IMG/VR virus record: IMGVR_UViG_3300026320_000001
Coordinates: 1 to 64,000 of that record
Strand: one strand, 5' to 3'
Source of the DNA: a virus
DNA: 64,000 nt
Part shown: positions 1 through 12,352 of the stretch, in pieces
Layout of the letters: every line of letters begins with the position of its first letter
Numbering within the stretch: position 1 is the stretch's first letter
Notes under the pieces: generated by a model
Seen by the model: the letters and a program-made list of their open reading frames with translations, nothing else
Told to the model about the DNA's origin: nothing
Database searches by the model: none
Made by a program: the position numbers and the translations under genes

Positions 1-563
1 AGGCAGATGAATCCTTTTGTTATAATGGATACTGGTATACGGCTGAAAAAATTATGTCATTACAAGATGAATTTATTAATACTAGTATTGAAGTAGAATA
101 TATCACATATATTTATCAAGGTAAAGGCAAAGATGAAGGTGAACAATTATCAATCTATTATGATGGTCGTGGACTTGGTTGGCATTCGTGGCTTTTTGGT
201 AGAGGTGATATAACAGGCGGCATGAATGTCGACGATGTTAAGAATGAAACAGAAAAGAAACTCGGAATCAAAATAACTAACCTCGAATATTTTCAATATT
301 AACGAATGGGAGATTATACCATGATAGAATGGACTGAAGCTTATAATATTCATCGTGCCAAGATAGGCAGTACATTAACTCTTATTTGCGAATGGGAATC
401 TGGCGGTTATAAAGTTATGGCGGCTGGCGGAGTGCGAATAAATAAATTGATTAATCTCGTTCCAAATTTGGATGAAGCAAAAAGAAAGACAATAAAACTT
501 GGCAAGAAAACTCTTGAAGAATCATTAAAAATAATTGACTCTTAATCAATGGGAGATTTTAAA

Positions 564-986
564 ATGTCAAAAGTTACAGAATTTTGTATTGCAGAATGCG
601 AACGCCAAAATGATTTAACTACTGAAGCGGTTGCTGGAATGGTAGAAGCATGGTATTATGCAATGCCAATGAATGAGAACAATATTAACGAAGTTGTTAT
701 TGAAATAATCGCCCATATGATTAAGCCTGAAAATAATGCGAAGGGTTATAGAAATACACCCGTTATTTTTTCTAATGGCGAGTCTGGATTATCTTATTTA
801 ATCATTGGCCGCGCTATGGAAAATCTTATTGATAATATTCGCTATATGACGCCTCTTAATTTTTATAAAGAATTTGAATTGATACATCCATTTGAGGATG
901 GTAATGGAAGAATCGGAGCAATCCTTTATAATGTATTGACTGGTACAATGGGTGACCCTCAGATTCCACCAAATATATTTGATTAA
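564..986 (+). CDS. Fic/Doc family protein
   Basis: Fic motif HPFEDGNGRIG; ATG at 564 follows GGGAG RBS. Confidence 0.88.
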   Translation: MSKVTEFCIAECERQNDLTTEAVAGMVEAWYYAMPMNENNINEVVIEIIAHMIKPENNAKGYRNTPVIFSNGESGLSYLIIGRAMENLIDNIRYMTPLNFYKEFELIHPFEDGNGRIGAILYNVLTGTMGDPQIPPNIFD

Positions 987-1005
987 TCAATGGGCGTTTT
1001 GGCTA

Positions 1006-1034
1006 TTGACAAATAAAAGAATTTAGTTTATAAT
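1006..1034 (+). promoter_or_regulatory. sigma70-type promoter
   Basis: TTGACA-17bp-TATAAT. Confidence 0.8.
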
Positions 1035-2126
1035 TATATTACGCTCGAATAAATAAACAATGTCGGATGCTAAAAAGATATGGCTTAAAATTGGATTGTC
1101 ATAGTCCACCGAAGCGTAAAAAAATTTTTATCATGAGGTAAAAATGGCAAAATTCAAGAATAAAGAAAAGCAAAAGACAATTCAACGTAAACAGGAACGC
1201 AAGCAAAAAGAGATTAAGCTTAATCCTAAAATGCCAAAAGAATAATTATTTTTATTTTATTGAATAAAATTTATATAGGGGTTTGCAATTATTGAAAGTT
1301 TATTAAAGCAATGGTCGCTCATACTGATTTGAAAAGGATAAACAAAATGATTCAATCAATGCTTTTATCAAATAAAGAATTTAATAGTGATGGTTTTAAT
1401 CATGGTGATTTTCACAGATTTTTACGTCAATATAAGTCAGTTGTTGATTCTGAATTGTTGGATACAACTTCAACCGGTGGAGACTGGTCTGGATTTATTC
1501 AACAAAAATTAAATGGAACATATTATATTATTACATTTTTTCAATATCATGCAAATGGTGGCTGGAATGCTCCCCTAGTTTGTGAAACTGGAAGTATTTT
1601 AGCAAGTGGAAAAGAAAAATTTACTCGTGAAGATGTATACAGTATTTGGAATGAAACGCTAGAATAACATTGTAATTAATGGCGGCTCATGGTATAATAA
1701 AATTATGGAGATAAAATAAAATGACAAGAGAAGATGCATTGTATAAAGCTCGAAAAATTAAAAATCGTTTTGGTGGTTGGACAATTGACTGGTATTATAA
1801 ACTATTGACAAAATATAATTTATGGCCTCAAGAAAATACCGAAACAATTCGTAAAGAAAACATGTATCATCTTATCTAATAAAATGAACCTTTTATAAAG
1901 GAATGGTGAAAATGATTACTACTCAAAAAGAAATACGTGAAAATTTTTGGCAAGAATATCCTGAAGCAGATAGGCGTAAGATTAAGAATTATGCTGGAGA
2001 TGGTCTTATGTATAAAACTGATACTCGTGTTTTATTTGTTGACTATGTAGATTATTTACAAAAGTCCGGTGAAATTTCTGAAGCATTGGCGCAACGTGTA
2101 ACATTATAAAAAGGATAAAAATAATA

Positions 2127-2447
2127 ATGGATAATCTCACTCTCGGACAACAAAAAGATTTTAAGAAAAAATTGCGTGATGCATTTAGTGTATTAAGAAA
2201 ACATGGTTATTTTGCTAGACAAAATTTTTGGTGTTGTCAATCGTGTGCTTGTGCTGATATTCCTGAAGAAGCAGAAAACTATGTTTTTTATCATAATCAA
2301 GATAATCAAAATATTCCTTCAGGTAAAATTCATCTTGCATGGGATGGAGATGGTAATAAAATTACTGCGGCCTTAACATTGGCTGGTCTTGAATGGGAGT
2401 GGGATTATAGCAAAGGTCAAAGAATCAAAGCAATATATGTAAATTAA
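2127..2447 (+). CDS. Cys-rich hypothetical protein (DUF6891-like)
   Basis: ARQNFWCCQSCAC and YVFYHNQD motifs, recalled as typical of this family. Confidence 0.5.
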   Translation: MDNLTLGQQKDFKKKLRDAFSVLRKHGYFARQNFWCCQSCACADIPEEAENYVFYHNQDNQNIPSGKIHLAWDGDGNKITAALTLAGLEWEWDYSKGQRIKAIYVN

Positions 2448-2580
2448 TCTACATGCATTATATAGAATCGCTCACAGAATGATTGTGGACGATTTTATAT
2501 ATTAATGGTTGCTCATGTTGGTTTGAAATTATGTGTTGAAATTTAGTGGTAAATATTGGCGAAATTGCCCATTGTAGGAC

Positions 2581-2609
2581 TTGACTCTTTTGTTATCATG
2601 ATGTATAAT
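2581..2609 (+). promoter_or_regulatory. sigma70-type promoter
   Basis: TTGACT-17bp-TATAAT. Confidence 0.7.
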
Positions 2610-2891
2610 TATTATATCAATGGAGATAAAAATGAATTACTATTTGTTTGACCGTCTTTCTAATCGTCACAAGTGGCAAATTATAGGCTCATGGAATGAT
2701 GTTAAATTTTTAGAGCATTTCAAAAATGTTCAATTAAATATATTTGAAAGATGGGAAAAGAAAAATAAATTTCCCGATTATCAATTAGGAATAATTGAAT
2801 CAGATGAAATAATTAATCATGATAGCACTTTGCCAGTCAATTATAATATGACATATGTTTTATTATTCAAAAACAATTGAGGAAAAATAAA

Positions 2892-3032
2892 ATGTGGATA
2901 ACAAAAGTATTTAAAACAAAAGTGGCAATGGAAAAGTTTATTAATAAGAATGCTGGTAAAATTTAGTGGGTTGAAATTTTTATCAATAATGCTTATGGCA
3001 TTGAATATCGTAAATTAATTCGTGTTTATTAA
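2892..3032 (+). pseudogene. Small ORF with in-frame TAG at 2964-2966 (MWITKVFKTK...KI*WVEIFINNAYGIEYRKLIRVY)
   Basis: GAGG RBS and ATG at 2892; the frame continues 21 sense codons past the TAG to a TAA just before the next RBS. Confidence 0.5.
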
Positions 3033-3636
3033 TAAGGAAAATAATGATTAAAAATTATACGATTATCAATCGCATGGATTCTAATAATTACTTAAATTCA
3101 GTATTGATTAAGGAAAAGTTGTCAGATGGTTTTTATGCTTATTTTGAAATTACTTTGAATACAACTCATGAAGATGGTAAACTCAAAAAGGGTGATGGCT
3201 ATGGCAAGAATTATTTTTATCAAATAAGACGTTTTGAGAATGACCATATTGCAAATTATATCTCTGACCCATTCAAATACATTACAGAACAAATGTTCAA
3301 AGATGCGAAAAAAATCTTGAACAAGAATTTTACATTACAAAAGAAAATTCATAGTGTTGGCGAAAAATTTATTCATTATTATTCTATGTTCAAAATTGTG
3401 GAACATAGCCTAAAATCTTATCATGATGATTTTTACTGGCATGATGTTTTCAATATTGGAATGAAGTTATCCAACAATGAAAAGATTGATTTTATTTGGA
3501 TTGTTCGTGAACATGGCACAAATATTTGTCAATTGAATGACATTGTTTATAATGCCACTATTCAAGCATACCCTAATGCAAAAATATACCATGTTACAGA
3601 AAAGACAATTCGCCCATATAAAAAATAAATTTACTA

Positions 3637-3665
3637 TTGACTTTTATAAATGGTTATGATATAAT
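3637..3665 (+). promoter_or_regulatory. sigma70-type promoter
   Basis: TTGACT-17bp-TATAAT with extended TG. Confidence 0.75.
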
Positions 3666-5283
3666 TGTAATATGAATGGAGATAAAAATATGTCCGAACA
3701 TCATGTAGGTCAGATTGCAGAATATGGTACAGAAGAATATAATTCTAATAAGTCTGCTTATACCATTTTAGAAAAAGCGACTTATGTAAATCCTCATGGC
3801 ATTGAACATCCGGCGGTTTTATATCATCGTTCGGCTGGTTATAAGCCTGCTGGCAGTTGTGCAACATATTGTAAGGAAATTTGGGGTTATAGTATTTTTT
3901 GGGAATCAGATGGTACAAATCATGGCCGCTATAGTGGCAATGAAAATGATGCCCGTGAATGGTGGAATACTATGAGCAAAAAGAATTTGGAGATTATATA
4001 ATGAATAAACGAACATTCAATAAAATTCTTAAAGAAGTTTCAAATAAAAAAACTGGTTTGTTGGATAAAGATAAAATCAAACTATTAGATAATGAGACAA
4101 AAACTTCCTTAGTACATTTTATTGTTCGTAATCGTGCCGCAGTTATTGTAAATTTTATTCCTGAAAATTTTGATACTGCATGGTTACATTCAATGGGATA
4201 TTTATATACTGGCAGTAATAAGCATTTTGATTTTGTTGGAACATCTGAAAATATTCAGAAAATTGGAGTATAATCAATGGCCTCATACAGTGTTTTACTT
4301 ACAGATGGTTTTCGTGCAAATTGTCAAGGCAAAAAAATTTCAAACGCCATGAAAACATTGGCAGAAAAACGTCCCGATTTAATTCCTCTCATGATGCCAA
4401 GTTTTATAACATATATTAATGGTGTTTCTAGTTATGGTTTTCGTCAAAATGAGGAAAGTAGAAAAGCAATTAAGATTATTAGAAAACGTGCTGGCATTAA
4501 TTAATAAAATCGGAATTTTATGAATAGGAAAATAAATGAAAAAACAATATAATTTTATTGTACTTCCGTATTCAGAAAATCTTAATTTTGATTTACAAAA
4601 CAATCCATTTTCTTCTATTGATGGAACACTCGAATTGGCTTGGCAATGGGCAAAAAACCTTATAAAATTTAATCCTGTTTGCACAAGAGTTATATTTCAG
4701 TCTGTGAATGGTAGAAAAATATATTATTTAGAAAATAATGGAGAATAAATAATAACATGAAAATAAATTCTGCAATTGGAATATATACTTATAAGGCAGA
4801 CTATACCGAATCCATTAAAGCAATGGTGGCCGATGGTAAATTTGCAAACTTTGAAGAAATAGAAGATTATATTCGTGAACGTATAATTAAAGCTGTTTTA
4901 AATGATTATGATATTGCTGAAAATATTTTTACAGAAGTCTCATAACTATAAAATGGAGTATAATAACATGCGTGACATTAATCAATGGCCTTACAATGGT
5001 GAAGATGGCATGAGTGCAAATTTTCGTGCTGGTAATAATTTATGGATTGAAACTAATCTTGAATCATATTGGAATCAATTGGAATGTCTACCTCCCATTA
5101 GGCAGAATAATACTGTTTTTATGGTTGGAGAATGCTACACCCATAGAGAATCAGATGGTGCAAGTTGTTATGCCGCATTTATAGAATATGATGGTAGATA
5201 TTTTGGTAAAATTAACGCATTGAAAGATTTTGATTATAATAAGTATATTCAAGAGATAATCAAACAATTTGATTTATAAAAGC

Positions 5284-5312
5284 TTGACATTTATATTGTG
5301 TTGTGATATAAT
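5284..5312 (+). promoter_or_regulatory. sigma70-type promoter
   Basis: TTGACA-17bp-TATAAT with extended TG. Confidence 0.8.
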
Positions 5313-6871
5313 CACTATATCAATGGTCACCATAGGAGATTACATGAAAACAATTTTTTTACCTTATTCGGATGTGATTGAAATTCGTCAAGTAAATAGG
5401 CATGATGATAGGATTGCTGGAGCAAATGAAATTACTAAGATTATTTTTTATTTGTTTGGCATGATAAATATTGAAGAAGTATTTAGACCTATTCTTGCTG
5501 AATTGAACATTGATTCCAAAGTATTTTTTGAAGTATTCTGGAAGCACGTACAAAAAAATTCCATTTATAGTTAATTATTGGCCGCATTTCAATAAATAAA
5601 ATGTCAGTTTCATTAATGGAGTATTATGAAAAGATTTTATATAGAATATACTTTAATTGAACCTGTTCACGCAATGAATGGAGTAACTGTTCTATATAAC
5701 AGAACAAGAAATTATAAAAGGACATTAAAGGCAAAAGATTTTTGGAATGCTCTTTTTGTATTTGGAAAACAAGTTGATAAAAAATACATGAATGGCCGAT
5801 TTACAATAAACAAGGCATGGGAATATCTTGAAGATGGCACGTGGAAACAATTTTCAAATGACGAAATATTCTCTGCTCTTGCGCCATTTTGATATTAATA
5901 AAACTTGTATTTTATAAAGGATAAAATAAAATGCCATATAACATTGGAAAAGACGAATACGAATTCAATATTAAAAAATTAGAAAAACTTCACAGAGATA
6001 TAGTTATTGCTCGTGATGAATATTCATATGGTAATGAATGGAAATTGCTACATAATCTTCAGGGGTTTATTACAAAAGTGGATATTTATGAAAATAAAAA
6101 TCCCATAGATGTTGATATTTTAAATATTTCAATATCTGCTTTAAGTGCCAAAATTCAATATGCTATGACACTAGTAGAAAATGCTCAAAATTCTTTGTTG
6201 GGATTTTTAACAATTAATGGTCGCAGGAAAAAAGAAATAATCTTATTAGAATACAGAACATTTTTATTCAAGCCAGAGACACGCTATTAATCATTGGGCG
6301 AAAAGGATAAATAAAATGGATAATATTGTAAAAATAATTTATGAAGATAAAACAGTTTATAGTATTGGCGAAAGTTTAAAAATTACTTCAATGGATGGGG
6401 GTGTTATAATCTTTGGTGTTTCTCAAAATAGGGGTATTGTTATAGTTCCTGAAGAATTTGAAAATTTACTAAGCGTTCTACAAGAGATATTAATAAAATA
6501 GCCATTTCATAGGAGTCTAAAATTGATTAAAAATATTCATATAAATTTTTATATTGTAAAAGGTAAAGCACAAGAAATTATTTCCTGTGCTGAAGATAGC
6601 GAACAAAATAAAATTTTAGAATTGGCCGAATCGAATATTGCCAGTCTCATTATTCCTACATTGAAAATTGAAAAGAAGGCCGTATACTTTGTAATCTTTG
6701 AAGGTGATTATGTCGAATCTGGTCGCTTGAAGAATCAAACAGAATGCAAGTGTGTTAAGACAGATTATACTCCTGCTACCTTTCGTAAGGCTCATAGAGA
6801 CATGATTAAGGCTGATGCTAAAGCAATGAACAAAATAGATTTAGAAAAAAACTATTCTTAAGGGAGAATTA

Positions 6872-7846
6872 ATGGGAAATATTATTGATTTGACAGGGCA
6901 TAAATATGGAAGATTAACCGTTCTAGAATTAGATTATGTAAATAAAAAAGGAAAAACGTATTGGAGTTGTCTTTGCGAATGTGGAAATCATATTACTATT
7001 CAGTCAGGAAATTTGAGAAATGGAAATACTAAGTCTTGTGGTTGTTATAATAAAGAAAAAGTAAGTGAAAGAAGTAGAATAGATTTAACTGGAAAAATTT
7101 TCGGAAGATTAAAAGTTTTAAAAATAGAACATTTAAACAAAGAACTATATTGGTTGTGTGAATGTTTAAATGATGGAAATTTATTAATTGTTAGGGCGTC
7201 TCAATTAAAAAATGGTAAAACTAAATCCTGTGGATGTTTTCAAAAGGAAATAGTTAGCAAGAGAAGTTTTATAAATTTGATAGATAAAAAATTTGGATTT
7301 TTAACCATCATAGAACTTGCTTATATGGATAAAAATAGGGGAGCATTTTGGAAATGCCAATGTTCAAGAGATGGTAATTATATTATCACGAGTTCCAGTA
7401 GTTTAAAATCGGGAAATACGAAATCATGTGGATGTTTATCGGAAAGTTGGATTGCTTCTGAACTTAAAAAATATTTCAAGAAAAAATATGGAGCAGAAAT
7501 AGAATATAAGATTTTCAAAAATATAAAGACAAACAAATTTTTACCTTTTGATATATTTTTACCGAAAGAAAATATTTATATTGAAATTCATGGACAACAT
7601 CATTACAAAATTCATCGTTGGCATTATCTACAAGCTAAAAAAAATAATACATCCGTTAATCAAGAATTTTATTATCAAAAAATTAAAGATTATATGAAAA
7701 AAATGTTTGCAAAAATAAATGGGATTTACATTGAGATTGATTTAAGAAAAATTATTGTTCCCGAAGATGCAATTATGCAAATAAATAAAATTATTAAAAA
7801 TAAAATCAAAACTAGAATATTTCACCTATTGACTTTTTGGGTGTAA
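6872..7846 (+). CDS. Putative homing endonuclease: three DLTGxxFGRL/CxC...KSCGC repeats plus C-terminal PD-(D/E)XK-like domain
   Basis: Three tandem ~65-aa repeats ending TKSCGC; LPFDIFLP...YIEIHGQHH nuclease motif. Confidence 0.7.
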   Translation: MGNIIDLTGHKYGRLTVLELDYVNKKGKTYWSCLCECGNHITIQSGNLRNGNTKSCGCYNKEKVSERSRIDLTGKIFGRLKVLKIEHLNKELYWLCECLNDGNLLIVRASQLKNGKTKSCGCFQKEIVSKRSFINLIDKKFGFLTIIELAYMDKNRGAFWKCQCSRDGNYIITSSSSLKSGNTKSCGCLSESWIASELKKYFKKKYGAEIEYKIFKNIKTNKFLPFDIFLPKENIYIEIHGQHHYKIHRWHYLQAKKNNTSVNQEFYYQKIKDYMKKMFAKINGIYIEIDLRKIIVPEDAIMQINKIIKNKIKTRIFHLLTFWV

Positions 7847-7857
7847 TTTGGTATAAT
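7829..7857 (+). promoter_or_regulatory. sigma70-type promoter
   Basis: TTGACT-17bp-TATAAT with extended TG. Confidence 0.75.
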
Positions 7858-8586
7858 TAATAAAAACAGTGATTTTATAAAGAGGAGTTTATAATGGGCA
7901 GTAGATTTGGTATGTATTTTGCAAGCGTTTTTGAACAATCAGAAACCGAAGAAAATTTTATTCAAATTATAAAAAACAATGGTTCATTATATATGTATTC
8001 AGATGAACAATTGAAAGACGTTTGGGAAGCATTATGTGTTCTTAATCGTAGTATAATTAATAAAATAATTCGAGAGGTTAAAGATGTCAAATAAACCTCG
8101 TATTATTACAAAATGTGTTGCTGGTACTTATGAAGCACCTAATGAAAAAATAATTGAATTTGATGGTGGATTAATTTCTTTTCGTAAGATGGAAAATGGT
8201 TGTATATCTGTAGATTTATACAGGTTTGATAATAACGTTAAGGTAGATGTAAGTTATGAAAATGGTTTATTTGAACATCACACTGGTGTTTATGGAAGTG
8301 TTACAACTAATCCATTGAAAAAATATAAAATTTAACAACCGGGTGAAACCAGTCTTAGGAGTGTTGCGGTTAGGGACTGGCAGACAATTTGATTGGGTTT
8401 AGGATTGTCAATTAATGAGAGAAAAATTATGAAAAAGAAAAATGGACTAATACATAAATATAAATCATCTAATATTTGGGATATAACTTCTAAGTGTGGT
8501 ATTCCTGCATGGAAAAATGGAAATAGATATTGGAAAAATACAACCTGTAAGGAATGTTTAAAATATAAAAAATTAGGAAAATAAAT

Positions 8587-9270
8587 ATGATAAAAATTTA
8601 TCGTGTGGGTGGTGCAGTAAGAGATTCTATTATGGGACTAAAATCAAAGGATATTGATTATTCTGTTGAAGCAGAATCTTTTGATGCTATGCGTGATTAT
8701 ATTGTTAGTATTGGCGGTCAGATATTTCTTGAAACTCCAAATTTTCTAACAATTCGTGCAAGAGTTGGTAGAGAATCGGCAGATTATGTTCTTGCACGTA
8801 AGGATAATGATTATAGTGATGGGCGCAGACCTGATTCCGTTGAACCCGGTACTCTCTATGATGACCTTGCAAGGCGTGATTTCACAATGAATGCTATCGC
8901 CATTGATTCTCAAGGATATTATATTGACCCTTTTTATGGAATCATAGATATAGGACAAAGGATTATCCGCTGTGTTGGAAAAGCAGAAGACCGTATTTCA
9001 GAAGATTGGCTTAGATTGCTTCGTGCCGCTAGATTTTCAATCACCAAAGATATGAAAATTGATTCAACCATTACAAAATTTTTTGATGATAACTATGCAA
9101 CTTCTCATCTAGCAAAATCTGTTTCTGAAGAAAGAATTCGTGAAGAAACTAGTAAAATGTTTCAAGCAGATACAAGAGTCTCAATTAAATTTTTTGGTCA
9201 ATATCCTAAAATGTCATATGCTTGTTTTGGCGGTGGCATTTGGTTAAAGCCAACAACTGAAGAGAGATAA
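8587..9270 (+). CDS. cca: Class II tRNA nucleotidyltransferase (CCA-adding enzyme, compact)
   Basis: VGGAVRD...DID (motif A), RRDFTMNA (motif B), EDWLRLLRAARF (motif D), ERIREE. Confidence 0.88.
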   Translation: MIKIYRVGGAVRDSIMGLKSKDIDYSVEAESFDAMRDYIVSIGGQIFLETPNFLTIRARVGRESADYVLARKDNDYSDGRRPDSVEPGTLYDDLARRDFTMNAIAIDSQGYYIDPFYGIIDIGQRIIRCVGKAEDRISEDWLRLLRAARFSITKDMKIDSTITKFFDDNYATSHLAKSVSEERIREETSKMFQADTRVSIKFFGQYPKMSYACFGGGIWLKPTTEER

Positions 9271-10179
9271 ATATGATTAATTATTTTACAACCACAAATA
9301 TTTGACTATCTCTTGAATCATATTATAATAAGGGTTTGACATCAGAAAAAGCCAAAGAAATTATTCAATCAATGGCAGACCCTTATAGCGCAGGAAGCAA
9401 ATTGAGATGTGAAGCAATGGGCTTGAATGGAAATTGGATTGTTAGTACGTCTGCAAAACGCAAAGATGATATTGAATATGTTGTTCTTGCAATCCAATAT
9501 AATTTAAATATAGAATTAGAAAATAATAAAGGAAAAATGAAATGAAACTTTGGCAGGAAATAAAGAATATGTTGGAACAGTTTGTTATTCGTCTTGCGTT
9601 TTTAATTTTATGGTCTAGTTTTTTAATTGTTTTATTTTATATTTTTCTCTTTTTATATATGTATTGGAGATAAAAAATGATAACTATTATATTAATTATT
9701 GGCGGATTTTTAATTTTATGCTTGTTGATTCATTCTTGGTCTAAGATGCCAATAGAGAATGATACATTGGCTGATGATGATTTAAATAGTAGAAATAAAA
9801 TTCATAATGGAGAATGGTAAAACTATGCAATTATCAAATGATATTATAAAAAAAATACAAAATAACATATGGAAAACTGATTCTATTGATTATTGGGTTG
9901 GCAATATGAATGCTATTGATAATTTGGAAACCAATATTATTGAACAATCAACCGGAAAGAATCATAAAATCAATTCAGAAACAATTCAAAAGGGTTATGA
10001 TATTATCGCAATTCAAGCCACAAATGTTCCTGATTTTATTTTACAACTTTTAGAGACAGAACAATTTGATGAAGAACAATTGGTTGATGCTATTATTCAA
10101 GTTGGCTTATTTGGAGAATTGAAATATCAATAAATAAAATGCCTCTTTTATCAAGAGGCTTTTTAGTTTAAATTGGGGC

Positions 10180-10207
10180 TTGACAGGAATGTAATTTGTG
10201 GTATAAT
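10180..10207 (+). promoter_or_regulatory. sigma70-type promoter downstream of a hairpin terminator (10141-10165)
   Basis: TTGACA-16bp-TATAAT with extended TG; GCCTCTT/AAGAGGC stem followed by T-run upstream. Confidence 0.65.
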
Positions 10208-10731
10208 CATCTTATATGAAAAAACAATTCTATCTATATAATGACTTTACGGCGATGGAAACATATTGGTATTGTTTTCATGTAATAAAAAATAATTTTC
10301 ATAAATTTATTGATTGGGAATGGGATTACTATTCTGGTCTATATGAAAATAGCGAACCTCACGGAATTTCCAATTTCTTTTGGGTGAAAGCAATGAATAA
10401 TTTTAAAAAGGAAAATAAATGAAAATAAAAGAATTATTAAAACTCAAAAAATTTCAAGATAATGAAAATTTTTTAATAAGTCTTTGGTATGATTTAAGAT
10501 ATGGCATAAATATAGATAGCCAAAAATATCATAATATCGAAAATTTCTATAAAAAAGTAAATAATTCTAAAATTAATGTTCACGATTTAAAAAATAGAAT
10601 ATCTAGCAGATTGATTCAATGTGATTGGTTTATTGAAGACATGATTAAAAATAATGAAAACGTAGAACAAGAATTGAATAAAAAATTAAAATATATTTAT
10701 CTTTTAGAATTAATTAATAATGGAGAATTGA

Positions 10732-11505
10732 ATGGCTAAAATAAAATTTGATGGTGATGAAAAACCAATTAAGATATTGCCAGCGATTAAGGGTAATCAT
10801 AGCAAATATCCTATCACCCTATTTTTAGGTGAACAAACATGGGAAACTCATCGTGGAAAACGAATTGTATATGGTGGTAAACCTATTCAATATTATTCAG
10901 CCATTTCACGCCCTCGCAAGTATAAAAAATTTGAAGAATATAATGATAAAGAATGGCTATCACTTGGAGCATTAGAAACCGATGAACGTCCAGTATTGCA
11001 AATGGTTCATTCTAATTGGGCGGCAGATGGATTTAGAATGCATATTTTGAAAAAAGAAAAAGAATGCAAATGTGAATATTGCAAAAATCGTGATGATGGT
11101 ATTGGTTTGATGTCACCAGATTATACAAGCATTATTCCTATTAAAAAAGACGGTGATATTGTTGTAAAAATTTCTAAAAAATCATTAGAATCAATATTAA
11201 ATAGTATTCTTGCTTTTATTGGAAAAGAATATGGTACTTTGATATTTGAAATTTCTCCAGATGGATTTTCTTATGAAATAAATAATGATGATTTAGGTCG
11301 TTCTTATGGAACTGTTAGTTTAGATGATGATGAAAAATATTCATCCACTGGTTCAATTAGAATGGGATTGAATAAATATTTTGTGTGGGATGCAATTAGT
11401 GGTATGGATGATATTGTTACGATGACATTTCAAAATCCTGTTACTCCAATGACTATTGAGTCAAAAACTCATAAAGCAATTCTTATGCCAATGTATATAG
11501 GATAA
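10732..11505 (+). CDS. Protein with DNA polymerase III beta-clamp-like C-terminal region
   Basis: AADGFRMH resembles clamp ATDGHRL; YTSIIP; GLNKYFVWDAI; C-terminal ILMPM. Confidence 0.5.
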   Translation: MAKIKFDGDEKPIKILPAIKGNHSKYPITLFLGEQTWETHRGKRIVYGGKPIQYYSAISRPRKYKKFEEYNDKEWLSLGALETDERPVLQMVHSNWAADGFRMHILKKEKECKCEYCKNRDDGIGLMSPDYTSIIPIKKDGDIVVKISKKSLESILNSILAFIGKEYGTLIFEISPDGFSYEINNDDLGRSYGTVSLDDDEKYSSTGSIRMGLNKYFVWDAISGMDDIVTMTFQNPVTPMTIESKTHKAILMPMYIG

Positions 11506-12323
11506 AAATATGATAAAGAAAATAAAATTATCATTTAAACGTCATCCAAAAGAAACAGGATTAAGAGGAATTGGTCGCCCTTATTCTATTGTTGATATTA
11601 AAATCAATAAAAAAATTTGTGGTCATATTTTTCCTCCAACATGGCAAGATGAAAATCATGTTTGGAAAATTATGATTTCTGTTATTAAAAATGATATTAT
11701 GGAAGATGGAAATAAAAATTGTTCATGGAAATGGTTCACCTTATCTTTTAGAGGCAATGATGAAAATGAATGTCGTGAACATATAAAACAAGAAATTCAA
11801 AAAATAGAAAGTAAATATAATATATATTATATAGAAGAAGAGGAATAAATGAAAATAAATTTTAAATATGTTGTTGAAAAATTTATGTTATATTTATTGA
11901 TGGTGGTTGGAAGTTCATTAGAAATGTTCTTAATTAATTATTTCTTTTTAACAAGACCAGAATATCCTTTGTTTTTTAGTTTATGTTTAGGGGTATTAAA
12001 TTCAACCTTAATAAGTGCAATATCCCTTCCGGGAATAAGTCAAATGATTGATTCAATGAATAAATTTAAAAAATAAAAATTAATAAAATTGTTGTTTTAT
12101 GAATGGAGTTATTCATGTGTAAGCATAGAAATATATCAATAACAGAATTCGGGACAGCGTGGACAAATCATGCTTTACAAAATGGTACATGGTCGCATGT
12201 TAGTGATATTGGAGCATATATAGGTCAAATTGATATTCATTGTTATGATTGTGGTATTGAAAAAACATATTATTATAAAAATCGTCCGAAATGGTTGATT
12301 AAATTATTAGAAGAAATGAACAC

Positions 12324-12352
12324 TTGACAAATAGAATAAAATTTGTTATAAT
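12324..12352 (+). promoter_or_regulatory. sigma70-type promoter
   Basis: TTGACA-17bp-TATAAT with extended TG. Confidence 0.8.
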
